The position numbers were made by a program, and so were the translations under genes. From Opitutia bacterium KCR 482 (GTDB lineage Bacteria; Verrucomicrobiota; Verrucomicrobiia; Opitutales; Intestinicryptomonadaceae), in the NCBI GenBank assembly GCA_029269845.2, contig CP149973.1, positions 1,770,001-1,802,000 of the forward strand: 32,000 nucleotides of DNA. The letters run 5' to 3'. The notes beneath the pieces were generated by a model that saw only the letters and a program-made list of their open reading frames with translations, was not told the origin of the DNA and searched no databases. Positions 7,273-16,102 of this stretch are shown in pieces. Every line of letters begins with the position of its first letter. Position 1 is the stretch's first letter.

Positions 7273-8157
7273 ATGAAAAAATTTGCGTATATAACGATGA
7301 TGGTAGCGTCGGCGGTGTCGGCGTTTGGTCAGGCCGATGTTGAGTCGTCTTCGGCGTCGGTTGCGTCAACGCTTGCGGGCGGCGCGTCGGCGGTTCGCGA
7401 CATTGCTCCCGAGATGTCGCTGTCGCTTTTGAGCGTGTCGGCGTCGGTTGGGTACGAATCGCAGTACATGTTCCGCGGCGAGAAGTTCGCGGGGCATTCA
7501 ATCCAGCCGAAAGTAGAGTTTGCATACCCCGTGTACGGCTTCGACATCTACGCGGGCGCGTGGGCTAACACCCCCGTTGAGGGCAACAAGGGCGGGCTTA
7601 CGGAAATCGACATTTACGGCGGCGTGAATTACTATTATAAGTCGATGCGCCTCGATGTCGGGTATATCCTCTACTACTATCCCGACTCCGACCAGACCCA
7701 TAACAAGCTTTCGCGCGACATGGAAGTTTACGTCGGCGGCGCGTTCGACACCTCCGCATACCTCGACGGAATCAACCTCAACCCCTCCGCGTACTATTTC
7801 TACAACTGGATTCTCAAACAGCAGGTTGTCGAAATCTCGCTTTCGTACAGCATTCCCGTTGGCGAGCAGCTGCTCGACGACGCGCGTTTCACGCTTCCCG
7901 TCAGCGTCTACGGCGGCTACTTGACGTCGGGCAGAAAGAACGGCGACAACGGCAGCCCCGACAGCGGCGTTTCCTATTTCTACTGGGGCGTCAGCGGCGA
8001 CATCGCTTTCGCCATTACCGACTATTGCACAATCAGCGGCGGTATCCGCTATTCGATGCGCGAGGGCGGCAACGAGGGCGACCCCGTAGACCACTACCCC
8101 TTGCAGGGCAGGGAAAACAACCTCTGGTTCGGCGGCAAAGTCGATTTCGGCTTCTAA
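7273..8157 (+). CDS. Outer-membrane beta-barrel protein, TorF / Gcw_chp (TIGR02001-like) family
   Basis: Signal peptide MKKFAYITMMVASAVSAFG/QA. The motif block SVGYESQYMFRGEKFAGHSIQP...GFDIYAGAWANTP...TEIDIYGGVNY matches my memory of the Gcw_chp family. It shows alternating beta-strand periodicity and a C-terminal aromatic residue (VDFGF). Confidence 0.65.
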   Translation: MKKFAYITMMVASAVSAFGQADVESSSASVASTLAGGASAVRDIAPEMSLSLLSVSASVGYESQYMFRGEKFAGHSIQPKVEFAYPVYGFDIYAGAWANTPVEGNKGGLTEIDIYGGVNYYYKSMRLDVGYILYYYPDSDQTHNKLSRDMEVYVGGAFDTSAYLDGINLNPSAYYFYNWILKQQVVEISLSYSIPVGEQLLDDARFTLPVSVYGGYLTSGRKNGDNGSPDSGVSYFYWGVSGDIAFAITDYCTISGGIRYSMREGGNEGDPVDHYPLQGRENNLWFGGKVDFGF

Positions 8158-8206
8158 GCCGACATTCCGCGCTTGCGGAGTCGGGTTTGCATTCTTTCAA
8201 TACACG

Positions 8207-8233
8207 GCGCGGTTTTTCGACCGCGCTTTTTTT
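8207..8233 (+). terminator. Rho-independent terminator of the TorF-like gene
   Basis: Stem GCGCGGT (8207-8213) pairs with ACCGCGC (8220-8226). Loop is TTTTCG, followed by T7 (8227-8233). Confidence 0.75.
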
Positions 8234-8277
8234 GCGTAATTTTTCCCGAATAAAAATCCCTCCACGCGCCAAATAAA

Positions 8278-8298
8278 AGCCCGCATGTTTTGCGGGCT
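8278..8298 (-). terminator. Hairpin with a minus-strand U-tract (second, tandem terminator downstream of eda)
   Basis: AGCCCGCA (8278-8285) pairs with TGCGGGCT (8291-8298). On the minus strand it is followed by TTTTATTT. Confidence 0.5.
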
Positions 8299-8340
8299 TT
8301 GACGCTATGCGCTTTGCAAAAACACTGAACGCGCGGGCGC

Positions 8341-8372
8341 AAAAAAAGGCGCGGAATTTCCGCGCCTTTTTG
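8341..8372. terminator. Bidirectional rho-independent terminator (ends eda on the minus strand)
   Basis: A7 (8341-8347), then stem GGCGCGG (8348-8354) pairing with CCGCGCC (8360-8366), then T5. It lies ~25 nt downstream of the eda stop. Confidence 0.8.
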
Positions 8373-8393
8373 TTTTTTGAAATGTCGGGGAAA

Positions 8394-9029
8394 TTAGGCG
8401 TTGAGAGCCGCCGTTGCCTCTTCCGCGTTCTTGCGGATAGCCGCCCAGTCGCGCTCGTTGATGAGCTTTGCGGGGGCAATCCACGAACCGCCGATTGCAG
8501 CCACCAGCGGCGACGAAAGGTATTCGCCCATGTTCGCAAGCTTCAAGCCGCCGAGGGGAATGAAGCTTACGCCGAGGTGCTTGTAGGGGGCAGCCATGCT
8601 TTCGAGGTGCTTCATGCCGCCTGTCGTGCCCGCGGGGAAGTACTTCATGAGCGTGCAGCCGTGTTCGAGCGACTGCTCGATTTCGCTGGGCGTCATGATT
8701 CCGGGGGCGAAGGGCAGACCCGCCTTTTGCGCGGCGTCAATCACGCGGACGTTGCAGCCGGGGCTTACGGCGAAATCCGCGCCGCGCCTCTTGGCTTCCT
8801 CCGCCTGTTCGGGCGTCAAAACCGTGCCGATGCCGAGCATGATTTTCTGCGCCTTTTCGACAATCGCCGACGCGCATTCGAACGCGTTGGGCGTGCGGAG
8901 CGTAAGCTCGATTGCCTTGATGCCGCCGTCGGCGAGGGCGTTTGCCAAATCGACGGCGTCGTTTTTGTCGTTTACGCTAAGAACCGCGACAATGCGCGCT
9001 TCCCTTACTTTTTCAGCCAAAGTTTTCAT
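8394..9029 (-). CDS. eda: KDPG / 4-hydroxy-2-oxoglutarate aldolase
   Basis: 211 aa with the typical Eda pattern: IVAVL..., GGIKAIELTLRTP, IGTVLTPEQ, FAVSPG, PGIMTPSE, MKYFPA (Schiff-base Lys context), IPLGG. Confidence 0.9.
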   Translation of the reverse strand: MKTLAEKVREARIVAVLSVNDKNDAVDLANALADGGIKAIELTLRTPNAFECASAIVEKAQKIMLGIGTVLTPEQAEEAKRRGADFAVSPGCNVRVIDAAQKAGLPFAPGIMTPSEIEQSLEHGCTLMKYFPAGTTGGMKHLESMAAPYKHLGVSFIPLGGLKLANMGEYLSSPLVAAIGGSWIAPAKLINERDWAAIRKNAEEATAALNA

Positions 9030-9243
9030 GTCGTCGAGCTTGGCGCATTCTCATTCGATTGCAAATTAAATTTTGCGCCAATTTGCGGATTCCCGCGATT
9101 TTTTTTGCCGCGCCCGATTTGCGCCGCGCAAAGGCTTGGCTTCCACACGCGGAATGCGCGGCGTCGGCGGGGCATGCGGCTGATTTTGAAAACGCGGAAT
9201 CTGCTTGCCGCACGCGCGGAGTCGGCTTCGCGGGCGCGGGCGT

Positions 9244-10111
9244 TTAGCGTTCCCCGCCGTTGCGGACGCCCGACTTGAAAGCTTCGAATTTTTGCGTGTC
9301 GAAAATAATGTCGATTGCGCCGATTTTGTCCGCGGGGAAGCCAGCCGGCGCGAGCACGTTTTCGAGGACGTATTTTTTCAGCGAAACTTCGGCGTCGATT
9401 CTCGCGCGGAGCATGTTTTGCGCGCTTTTGGAACGCTCGGCGAGGTACTGCGGGAACTCGCTTTTTTTTGTACTCGGCGATTTTCGCGTTGACGCCGTCG
9501 GAAATCGAGCTTTCGCGGACGTCGCATTTGATTTCGGAGTACTTGACGGGCGTTTCGCATTCGAGCGCGTCGAAGTAGAACGCGAAGCGCAGCATGCCGT
9601 CGTCCGACTTGCTCGTGTCGAATTTCAGCCCTCTGAACGGAATGTAGTACTGGTAGTGCGCCACCGCCTCCATTTGCAGAGAGCCCGAAAGAAATTTGAA
9701 TTTGGAGAAGTCCGCCCTGATTTTCACGCGCTCGTCGATGCCTGCCACAACGTATTTGTTTTCGGGGCTTGCGCCCAGAAATTCGGTCTCGTAGCTTACG
9801 GTTGCCTTCGGGGCGGCGGCGAGCGATTTTTGTATAGACTGCGCGGCGTCCGACAACGCGCTTTTTGCCGCATTGTAGGCGTCGTCCGCCGTTTGGTTCA
9901 GGGCGGAGCAGCCGCGGAAAACGAGCGCGGAGGCAACGAACGCCGCGACGAACGTAAAGCAGAGCACGGCGCACGAAATTTTGCGCCTTAAATTGAGCTT
10001 TTTATTTTTGCGCCTGCGGGGCGCAGCGGGAGAGTCTGGCAAGTCCGCGCCCGACGTTTCGCGGCTTTCCGAAACGCCTGCGTTTTTCGGGCTTGCGTTG
10101 TCCGTCTCCAT
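9244..10111 (-). pseudogene. Membrane-anchored hypothetical protein (possibly DUF4230-like), frameshifted at an A8 homopolymer
   Basis: The N-terminal 217 aa look genuine: a TM helix (ISCAVLCFTFVAAFVASALVF) followed by a mixed-composition domain. After ...AKIAEYKKK the frame becomes Arg-rich junk. The +1 frame continues with EFPQYLAERSKSAQNMLRARIDAEVSLKKYVLENVLAPAGFPADKIGAIDIIFDTQKFEAFKSGVRNGGER and stops at 9246-9244. Removing one A from the A8 run (T8 at 9462-9469 on the plus strand) restores a 288-aa ORF. Confidence 0.65.
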
Positions 10112-10123
10112 TTTTTCGGCGGC

Positions 10124-10783
10124 TTATCGAAGCGCGGCGTTTGCCGCGGCGATTAGAGCCGCGCCGTTTTTGAAAAATTCCGTTCCCGCAACGACCGTGT
10201 CGCAGCCGCGTTTCACGCATTCGCCGACGTTTTCGGCGGTGATTCCGCCGTCGATTTCAATGCGGTACGAGAGTTTCAGCTCGTCGCGCAGAGCCGCAAG
10301 GCGCGAGATTTTGTCGAGCGCGACGGGGTTGAACTTTTGCCCGCCGAAGCCTGGCTGCACGCTCATCACAAGCACCATGTCAACGCGCGGCAGGTAGGGG
10401 ATTGCCTCCCCGATTTCGGTTTTCGGGTTTATGACGACGCCGAGCTTTTTGCCCGCCGTGTGGATATTGTCGAGCGTCGCCGCAACGGGGTAGTCAGGCT
10501 CGACGTGGATTGTAATCATGTCCGCGCCCGCTTCGGCGAACGCGTCGATGTACAGGTGCGGGTTGTCGAGCATGAGATGGACGTCGTAGAACATTTCGGG
10601 GCGGCGTTTTTTTAGCGCCTTCACGACCCCTGGTCCGAACGAAAGGTTCGGCACAAAGTGTCCGTCCATCACGTCGACGTGAACCCATTTCAGACCCGCC
10701 GCCGCTATTTTTTCGACCGATTCGCCGAGCGCGGCGTGGTCGCCGCCGAGAATCGACGGGGCTATTTCGAGAGAGTTTACCAT
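10124..10783 (-). CDS. rpe: Ribulose-phosphate 3-epimerase
   Basis: 219 aa starting at the internal ATG (MVNSLEIAPSILGGD). Motifs HVDVMDGHFVPN, HLM, MSVQPGFGGQKF and IEIDGG are present. The upstream part of ORF 10124..11386 is Arg-rich junk that overlaps the next gene. Confidence 0.92.
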   Translation of the reverse strand: MVNSLEIAPSILGGDHAALGESVEKIAAAGLKWVHVDVMDGHFVPNLSFGPGVVKALKKRRPEMFYDVHLMLDNPHLYIDAFAEAGADMITIHVEPDYPVAATLDNIHTAGKKLGVVINPKTEIGEAIPYLPRVDMVLVMSVQPGFGGQKFNPVALDKISRLAALRDELKLSYRIEIDGGITAENVGECVKRGCDTVVAGTEFFKNGAALIAAANAALR

Positions 10784-11292
10784 ATTCCTATAACAGCGTC
10801 CTTGATTTTTCCGCCAAGTTCGCGCATGAGCACGGGCATGTTCTGGTATTCCGCGCCCAGCGTGCCGTTGGCGGCTTCGGGGTAAATCATCGCGCGCGCG
10901 CGCACTTTCCTGTTTTTGAAAACGACGTCGCCGTTGGAGCGCACGAGCGTGCATTCGGCGACAGCCTCCATTGCGTAGGACGCCGCGAGCGCGGTATCGT
11001 CTTCGCGCGTGGCGACCGGCTTGCGCTCGTATGATACGATTGTCGTGGAGAGCGTCGCCTGCGCGTCGCCCGCGAGCGCGGTTTTGAGGTTTGGCGTGCG
11101 GTTTATCGCGTTCGAAATTTCGTTTGTGAGCAGGTTCGACGCCTGCGCCGCATAGGAGTCGTTCCTGACGGGCTTGACGTAGACCGACTTGAACGGAAGC
11201 TCCGTGGGAGTCCCCGCAAGCCTGTAATTTGCGCAGCCAGCCGCGAAAAGCGCGAGCGCGGAAAGCGTGAGGAGTGTGGCGAGTTTTTTCAT
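10777..11292 (-). CDS. Lipoprotein, LptE-like (LPS-assembly lipoprotein)
   Basis: 171 aa. Lipobox LFAAGC is followed by ANYRLAG (compare CGFHLRG in LptE). The size and the position next to a BamD-like gene fit. The family call is from memory and moderate. Confidence 0.55.
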   Translation of the reverse strand: MKKLATLLTLSALALFAAGCANYRLAGTPTELPFKSVYVKPVRNDSYAAQASNLLTNEISNAINRTPNLKTALAGDAQATLSTTIVSYERKPVATREDDTALAASYAMEAVAECTLVRSNGDVVFKNRKVRARAMIYPEAANGTLGAEYQNMPVLMRELGGKIKDAVIGIW

Positions 11293-11294
11293 GT

Positions 11295-12569
11295 CTATTC
11301 CGCTTTTTCGATTTCGTCGGAGGTCCACTGGCGGAAGCCGTCTTCGAAGAGGAAGTCGTCGAGCGGTTCGCCGAAAATCGGGGCAAGCCCCTCGTAGGTT
11401 TTTGTCTTTCCGTCGGCGTCGGTCTCCTGATAGACCGCCGCTCCGGGGGTTGCGAGGAAGTCTTCGACCGACATCGTTTCGAACTGTTCGTTGTCGAGTT
11501 TCGCGATTTGCGTTTCGTCGTCGAACTGGTCGATAGTGGGCTTTTCGTACCTGCCCCAGAACCAGTCGTAGGGGGTCATCGGCGCGAGAATGCCGTCCTT
11601 GATTTTTTTCAGCTGCGCGCGCGCCTCCTCCGCGGCGGGGCTGTCGGGCGCAAGGGTGATTGTCTCGTTGTAGAAAATCGACGCCGCGACGTGGTTGTTG
11701 CGGTAGTAGTAGTAGAAATCGCCCATGACGAGGCGGCTGCGGGCGTAGGTGTCGCGCATTTTGTCGAGCCCCTCTTCGGCTTTCGAGACGCCCGCCTCTT
11801 TGGGGAAGAGAATGAGGTAGTCCTGATAAAAGCTGATTGCATTCTTTGTGGGCGACTGGTCGTATTCGGGGCCCGCCACCATGCCGCGGTAGACTTTCGC
11901 CATCTGCATGTAGGCGTCGGGCGCGAACATGCTTTGCGGGTAGTTGTTGATGAGCCTGTCGAGCGCGTCGAATGCGACTTCGGGGGTGTCCTCCTGCTCG
12001 GCGATGAGGGATATGTTCATCAGGGAAATCGGGGCGTAGTCGCTGTAAGGGGCGTTTTTGACGACGCCCTCGTAGATTTTGATTGCGTCGTTGTAGTTTG
12101 TGAACCACGGAAACCAGCCCCAGAGATAGGGGGTTGCGCCGCTTTGGATAATCGAGGCTACGTTGTATTCCTCGCCGATGATTCTGTTGAATTTGGGGTA
12201 GTCGGGATAGCGTTTCACGACTTCCTGCAAAGATTCGAACGCGTCCATGAACTGCCCGCGCTTTGTGTAGACGAGCGACATTTGGTAGTACGCTTCGGGC
12301 GCGAAAATGGAGTCGGGATACTGCGTGATGATTGTTTTGTAGTAGGAGAGGGCGACCCTGTTTTCGCCGTCCTCCTGCGCCCGCTTGCCCTCGTTCATGG
12401 CTTGGAGCGCGTTCGAGACCGTTTTCGCCTCGCCGAGGACGTTTGCTATTACGCCGCCCTGAACCTCCCAGCCTTTTTCGGCGTTCCAGACGAGGTCGGC
12501 ATTCGCCGTCCCCGCCGCCGCAAGCGACAGCGCGACCGCCGCCGATTTGATGTATTCGCTAATTCTCAT
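11295..12569 (-). CDS. TPR-repeat outer-membrane assembly factor-like protein (BamD/YfiO-like), exported
   Basis: The signal peptide begins at the second ATG (MRISEYIKSAAVALSLAAAGTANA). An alternative start is 12590. Repeated YPDS/YPDY...APEAYY TPR-like units resemble BamD. At 424 aa it is longer than classical BamD, and it has no lipobox Cys. Confidence 0.55.
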   Translation of the reverse strand: MRISEYIKSAAVALSLAAAGTANADLVWNAEKGWEVQGGVIANVLGEAKTVSNALQAMNEGKRAQEDGENRVALSYYKTIITQYPDSIFAPEAYYQMSLVYTKRGQFMDAFESLQEVVKRYPDYPKFNRIIGEEYNVASIIQSGATPYLWGWFPWFTNYNDAIKIYEGVVKNAPYSDYAPISLMNISLIAEQEDTPEVAFDALDRLINNYPQSMFAPDAYMQMAKVYRGMVAGPEYDQSPTKNAISFYQDYLILFPKEAGVSKAEEGLDKMRDTYARSRLVMGDFYYYYRNNHVAASIFYNETITLAPDSPAAEEARAQLKKIKDGILAPMTPYDWFWGRYEKPTIDQFDDETQIAKLDNEQFETMSVEDFLATPGAAVYQETDADGKTKTYEGLAPIFGEPLDDFLFEDGFRQWTSDEIEKAE

Positions 12570-12629
12570 TTTGCGCCGATTCAATATCATAATTGCGAAA
12601 ATGGCAACAGAAATATCCCGCCGAAATTT

Positions 12630-13568
12630 TCACGCGCGGGGGTGGTTCAGGCGGTGTTCCTCCACGAGTTTGCGCGTGCCGAGGTGCGTGTAGATTTGCG
12701 TCGTCGAAAGGCTTGCGTGTCCGAGCATCTCCTGCAACGAGCGCAGGTCTATACCCGCGTTCACAAGGTGCGTGGCGAACGAGTGCCGCAGTTTGTGCGG
12801 CGTGATGTCCGACGGCAGCATTGTCTCGGCCAGGTATTTTTTTATCATGCGCTGGACGTAGCGCGGGTACAGCGGCTTCCCGCTTTCGAGCGTTATGGCG
12901 GGCGCGTCGCGCTCCGTCGATTTTGCGAATTCGCTCCGCCAGAGCCTCAGCACCTCGCCTGCCTTTTCGCCGAACGGGCAGAAGCGCACTTTCGAGCCTT
13001 TGCCCAGTATCCTCGCCGAGTTCGTGGAAAAATCCACGTCTCCCCATTTGAGGTTGCAGAGTTCGCTTACGCGCAGTCCCGCGCCGTAGAGCAGTTCGAG
13101 GCACAGGGCGTCGCGCACCGCCTCCTCTTTGCTCTCGCGCCCGTCGGCTTCGTCAACGCGCGGTGCGGAAAGCAATGACGGCATTGCGCTTTCCGACAAA
13201 AACACGGGCAGCCCCTTCTCCTTTTTCGGAAGCCGCACGAGCGAAAACGGGTCGGCTTCCGCGCTTTGCGAGCGTATCAAATATTTGTAGAACGAGCGTA
13301 TCGCGGAAATCCTGTTGTGGATTGTTGAGCGCGAGTACTCCATTCCGAGTTTTGCGACGTACGCGCGGGCGGTTTTTTTGTCCGCCATGCGGAAGTCTCC
13401 GCCCGCGTAGTCCGTTTCCGCAAGCCAAGAAATCCAGTCGGCGACCGCCTCGCGGTAGTTGCGGACTGTGTATTTGGAGTACCTCCGCTGGTTCGAAATC
13501 ATGAACACGAATTCGTCAAGCTCGCGCGGGGCGGCTTTTGCGGGGGCGGTTTCTCGGTTTTTCTCCAT
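12630..13568 (-). CDS. Tyrosine site-specific recombinase, XerC/XerD family
   Basis: 312 aa starting at the internal ATG, which overlaps the upstream stop (TAATG). It has an N-terminal SAM-like domain (YSKYTVRNYREAV...IRSFYKYL). The catalytic residues sit in context: LLYGAGLRVSE, HKLRHSFATHL, LGHASLSTTQIYTH. I cannot separate XerC from XerD. Confidence 0.85.
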   Translation of the reverse strand: MEKNRETAPAKAAPRELDEFVFMISNQRRYSKYTVRNYREAVADWISWLAETDYAGGDFRMADKKTARAYVAKLGMEYSRSTIHNRISAIRSFYKYLIRSQSAEADPFSLVRLPKKEKGLPVFLSESAMPSLLSAPRVDEADGRESKEEAVRDALCLELLYGAGLRVSELCNLKWGDVDFSTNSARILGKGSKVRFCPFGEKAGEVLRLWRSEFAKSTERDAPAITLESGKPLYPRYVQRMIKKYLAETMLPSDITPHKLRHSFATHLVNAGIDLRSLQEMLGHASLSTTQIYTHLGTRKLVEEHRLNHPRA

Positions 13569-14473
13569 TACATTCCGAAGAACGCGCTTGCGATATTCGC
13601 AAAGTACGAGTCCACCCAAGTTTTCAGAAACACGAAATAGAGAAGCCCGCCGCACGCAAGCCACGGGCCGAACGGAATTGCGAGCGGGTCGGCTTCCGAT
13701 CCGTCGGCGAATTTTTTGCGCGGCGCGGATTTTTTCGAAAAGACGCGCTTTGTCGCGACAATCGGAATCATCGTCAACGCCCCGATTATCGACCCTCCGA
13801 AGATTGCAAAAATTGCGCCCTGCCAGCCGCAGAATGCGCCTATGCAGCCAATCAGAATGACGTCTCCCTCGCCCATCGCCTCTTTTTTGAAAACGCACTC
13901 GCCGAGCGTCCTTACCCAGTAGAGCACGCCCGAACCGACCGCGATTCCGACCGCCGACTTTATCCCGGACGCCACGACCGACGCCGCGAAAGGCGCGTCC
14001 TCTATCAGCGTTCCGTGGATTTGCGGCATCATAAGCGACAGCGCAAAGCCCGCCGCCGTCCCGCCGATTGTCGCGAAGTCCGGCAGCATCATGTGGTCTA
14101 TGTCGACAAACGCGCAGAAAACCATAATCGCGGCAAATACCATTCCCGCGAACGCCGCGTAGGGCGTCGCCGTCGTCCACAGCGCGAGGAAGATTGCAGC
14201 CGTCAGCGTCTCGACAAACGGGTAGCGGAACGAAATCCTGCGCCCGCAGCACCGCGCCCTTCCGCGCAACAGAAACCAGCCGACAATCGGGAGGTTGTCG
14301 AACCACCTAATCGGCTTCCCGCACGCGCAGTGCGACGGCGGGCTTACTATCGATTCGCCCTTGGGGATTCTGTAAATGCACACGTTCAGAAAACTGCCGA
14401 CGCACGCGCCGAGGCAGAAAAAAAACGCGTCGAAAATTTCGGGAAACTGCGCGTTGATTTCAGCGATGTCCAT
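13568..14473 (-). CDS. A24-family prepilin (type IV leader) peptidase
   Basis: 301 aa. An N-terminal Cys-rich region is present (SFLNVCIYRIP...PPSHCACGKPIRWFDNLPIVGW). The two catalytic Asp contexts are FVDIDHMMLPD and MGEGDVILIG. It is polytopic and hydrophobic. Confidence 0.88.
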   Translation of the reverse strand: MDIAEINAQFPEIFDAFFFCLGACVGSFLNVCIYRIPKGESIVSPPSHCACGKPIRWFDNLPIVGWFLLRGRARCCGRRISFRYPFVETLTAAIFLALWTTATPYAAFAGMVFAAIMVFCAFVDIDHMMLPDFATIGGTAAGFALSLMMPQIHGTLIEDAPFAASVVASGIKSAVGIAVGSGVLYWVRTLGECVFKKEAMGEGDVILIGCIGAFCGWQGAIFAIFGGSIIGALTMIPIVATKRVFSKKSAPRKKFADGSEADPLAIPFGPWLACGGLLYFVFLKTWVDSYFANIASAFFGM

Positions 14474-15386
14474 ACAGGTTCTCCTTTATTGTTTCGAGCA
14501 TGAACGCGCCCATGAGCGGCGCGCCCGTCCAGATTGAAAGCGATTTCGCCCCCTGCCACGCGAGCATCGCAAGCCCGTTTTCGGCGGGGATTCCGTTTGC
14601 GCGCGCGGCGAGCACCGACGGCGTTTCGCCGTTGCGGCGGTAGGGCATGTCGAGGAACGCGCAGTCGGGCGGGATTTTCGAGAAGTCCACAACGGGACTG
14701 TCGTCCGCATTAAGCCCCACCGACGTCGCGTTTACGACGATTGCCCGCGGCGGAATTTTTGCCTCTATTCCCGCGAGCGACGCCGTTTTTATTTCGAAAT
14801 TTTCCATGCTTAAATCATCGGCAAATTTTTTCAGGCGTTCGGGATTTCTGTTCGCCACAAGGAGCGATTTGCAGCCCGCCGCGATTATCGCCGCCGCCGC
14901 TCCGCGAGCCGCGCCGCCCGCGCCGAGCAGCACCGCGTCGGCGTTTGCAAAGCCGCGCCCGAACGCGTGTTCGACCGCCGCCGACACGCCGAATCCGTCG
15001 GTGTTGAAGCCTTTCCAGCCGCGCGGCGTGCGCAGAAGCGTGTTGCACGCCTTGGCGTTTTCCGCGCTTGCGTCGAAGTCGTTTACGACGCGCATTGCAA
15101 TCTCTTTGTGGGGGATTGTCAGGTTGATTCCGGCAAAGTTTTTCCGCCAAAAAACGTCGAGCGTCTCGGCGAGTTTTTCAGGCTCCACTTCGAACGCGAA
15201 GTATTTTGCGCCGTCGAGCTCCGCGTTCGTTTTTGCGACTTTCGCAAGCGCGGCGTTTTGCATGAGCGGGCTTAGCGAGTGCCCTATCGGCTTGCCGAAG
15301 ACCGCAAAAAACGGCGGCTTCGAATTTTCCGAGCGTCCGGCGAACGCGCCCTCCGAGAGGTTCGAAACATGCAGAACTTCCGCCAT
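14460..15386 (-). CDS. aroE: Shikimate dehydrogenase
   Basis: 308 aa. Motifs FAVFGKPIGHSLSPLMQNAA, GINLTIPHK, NTDGFG and LGAGGAARGAA (Rossmann) are present. It overlaps the prepilin peptidase start by 14 nt. Confidence 0.88.
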   Translation of the reverse strand: MAEVLHVSNLSEGAFAGRSENSKPPFFAVFGKPIGHSLSPLMQNAALAKVAKTNAELDGAKYFAFEVEPEKLAETLDVFWRKNFAGINLTIPHKEIAMRVVNDFDASAENAKACNTLLRTPRGWKGFNTDGFGVSAAVEHAFGRGFANADAVLLGAGGAARGAAAAIIAAGCKSLLVANRNPERLKKFADDLSMENFEIKTASLAGIEAKIPPRAIVVNATSVGLNADDSPVVDFSKIPPDCAFLDMPYRRNGETPSVLAARANGIPAENGLAMLAWQGAKSLSIWTGAPLMGAFMLETIKENLYGHR

Positions 15387-15387
15387 A

Positions 15388-16098
15388 TTACAAAGAGTAG
15401 TCGCGCGCGCCGAACAGGAATGTTCCCACGCGGATTATTGTGGAGCCGCATTCCACGGCGCGTTCGAGGTCGCCGCTCATGCCCATCGAGAGTTCGGGAA
15501 GCGCCACCGAAAAGCTTTTTTCGAGCGCGTCGCGGAGGTTTCGGAGGTTTTCGAAACAGCGCGTGGCTGTGTCCAAATTGGAGTCGAGCGGTGCGATTGC
15601 CATCAGCCCCTCGACCTTTATGTTTTCGAGCGCAAGCGCGGCGTCGAGCAGCGCGGGGGCTTCCTCCGTGTCCGCGCCGAATTTTGCGGGGTCGCGCCCC
15701 GAATTTATTTGCAGGAGCACGCGCATTTTTTTGCCGAGCTTTGCGCATTCGGCGTCGATTTTTTTCAGCAGTTTTTCGGAGTCCGCGCTCTGGATTCTGT
15801 CGACGCGCCCGACGGCGTGCTTTACCTTGTTTGTTTGGAGGTGTCCGATAAGCTCCCACTCTATTTTCAGGGCGCGGCCGCGCTCCGAGTCGAACTTTTC
15901 CATGACTTCCTGAACGCGGTTTTCGCCGACCGCCCCGAACCCGTAGCGCGCCGAGTATTCTACGGCGTCCACGGGGTGCGTTTTTGTGACGGGCAGTATT
16001 TTCACGTCGGCGGGATTGCGCCCGCAGGCGGCGCACGCGTTTTCGACGCGTTCAAGAAGTCTGCGGCAGTTGCCGCAAAATTCTTCGTATGCAATCAT
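15388..16098 (-). CDS. yggS: YggS-family pyridoxal-phosphate homeostasis protein
   Basis: 236 aa. Motifs ILPVTKTHP (PLP Lys), GENRVQE, WELIGHLQTNKVK, LSMGMSGD and IRVGTFLFG are present. Confidence 0.88.
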   Translation of the reverse strand: MIAYEEFCGNCRRLLERVENACAACGRNPADVKILPVTKTHPVDAVEYSARYGFGAVGENRVQEVMEKFDSERGRALKIEWELIGHLQTNKVKHAVGRVDRIQSADSEKLLKKIDAECAKLGKKMRVLLQINSGRDPAKFGADTEEAPALLDAALALENIKVEGLMAIAPLDSNLDTATRCFENLRNLRDALEKSFSVALPELSMGMSGDLERAVECGSTIIRVGTFLFGARDYSL

Positions 16099-16102
16099 TG
16101 TA

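Noticed and set aside
9455-9475. Programmed -1 ribosomal frameshifting on the dnaX-like heptamer A AAA AAG within the A8 tract.
   Set aside because: The -1 frame gives ASSRSTSPSVPKARKTCSARESTPKFR* (junk). The sensible continuation is in the +1 frame, which this heptamer does not promote. A 1-nt homopolymer indel explains the data better.
10784-11386. N-terminal extensions of track ORFs: 10124..11386, 10777..12108, 12630..14306, 4678..5835, 5532..6809, 25855..27819, 20180..21613 and others.
   Set aside because: The extended parts are Arg-rich junk overlapping the preceding well-supported gene. Internal ATGs give canonical N-termini (signal peptides, Rossmann motifs, family starts), often with an RBS or stop/start overlap.
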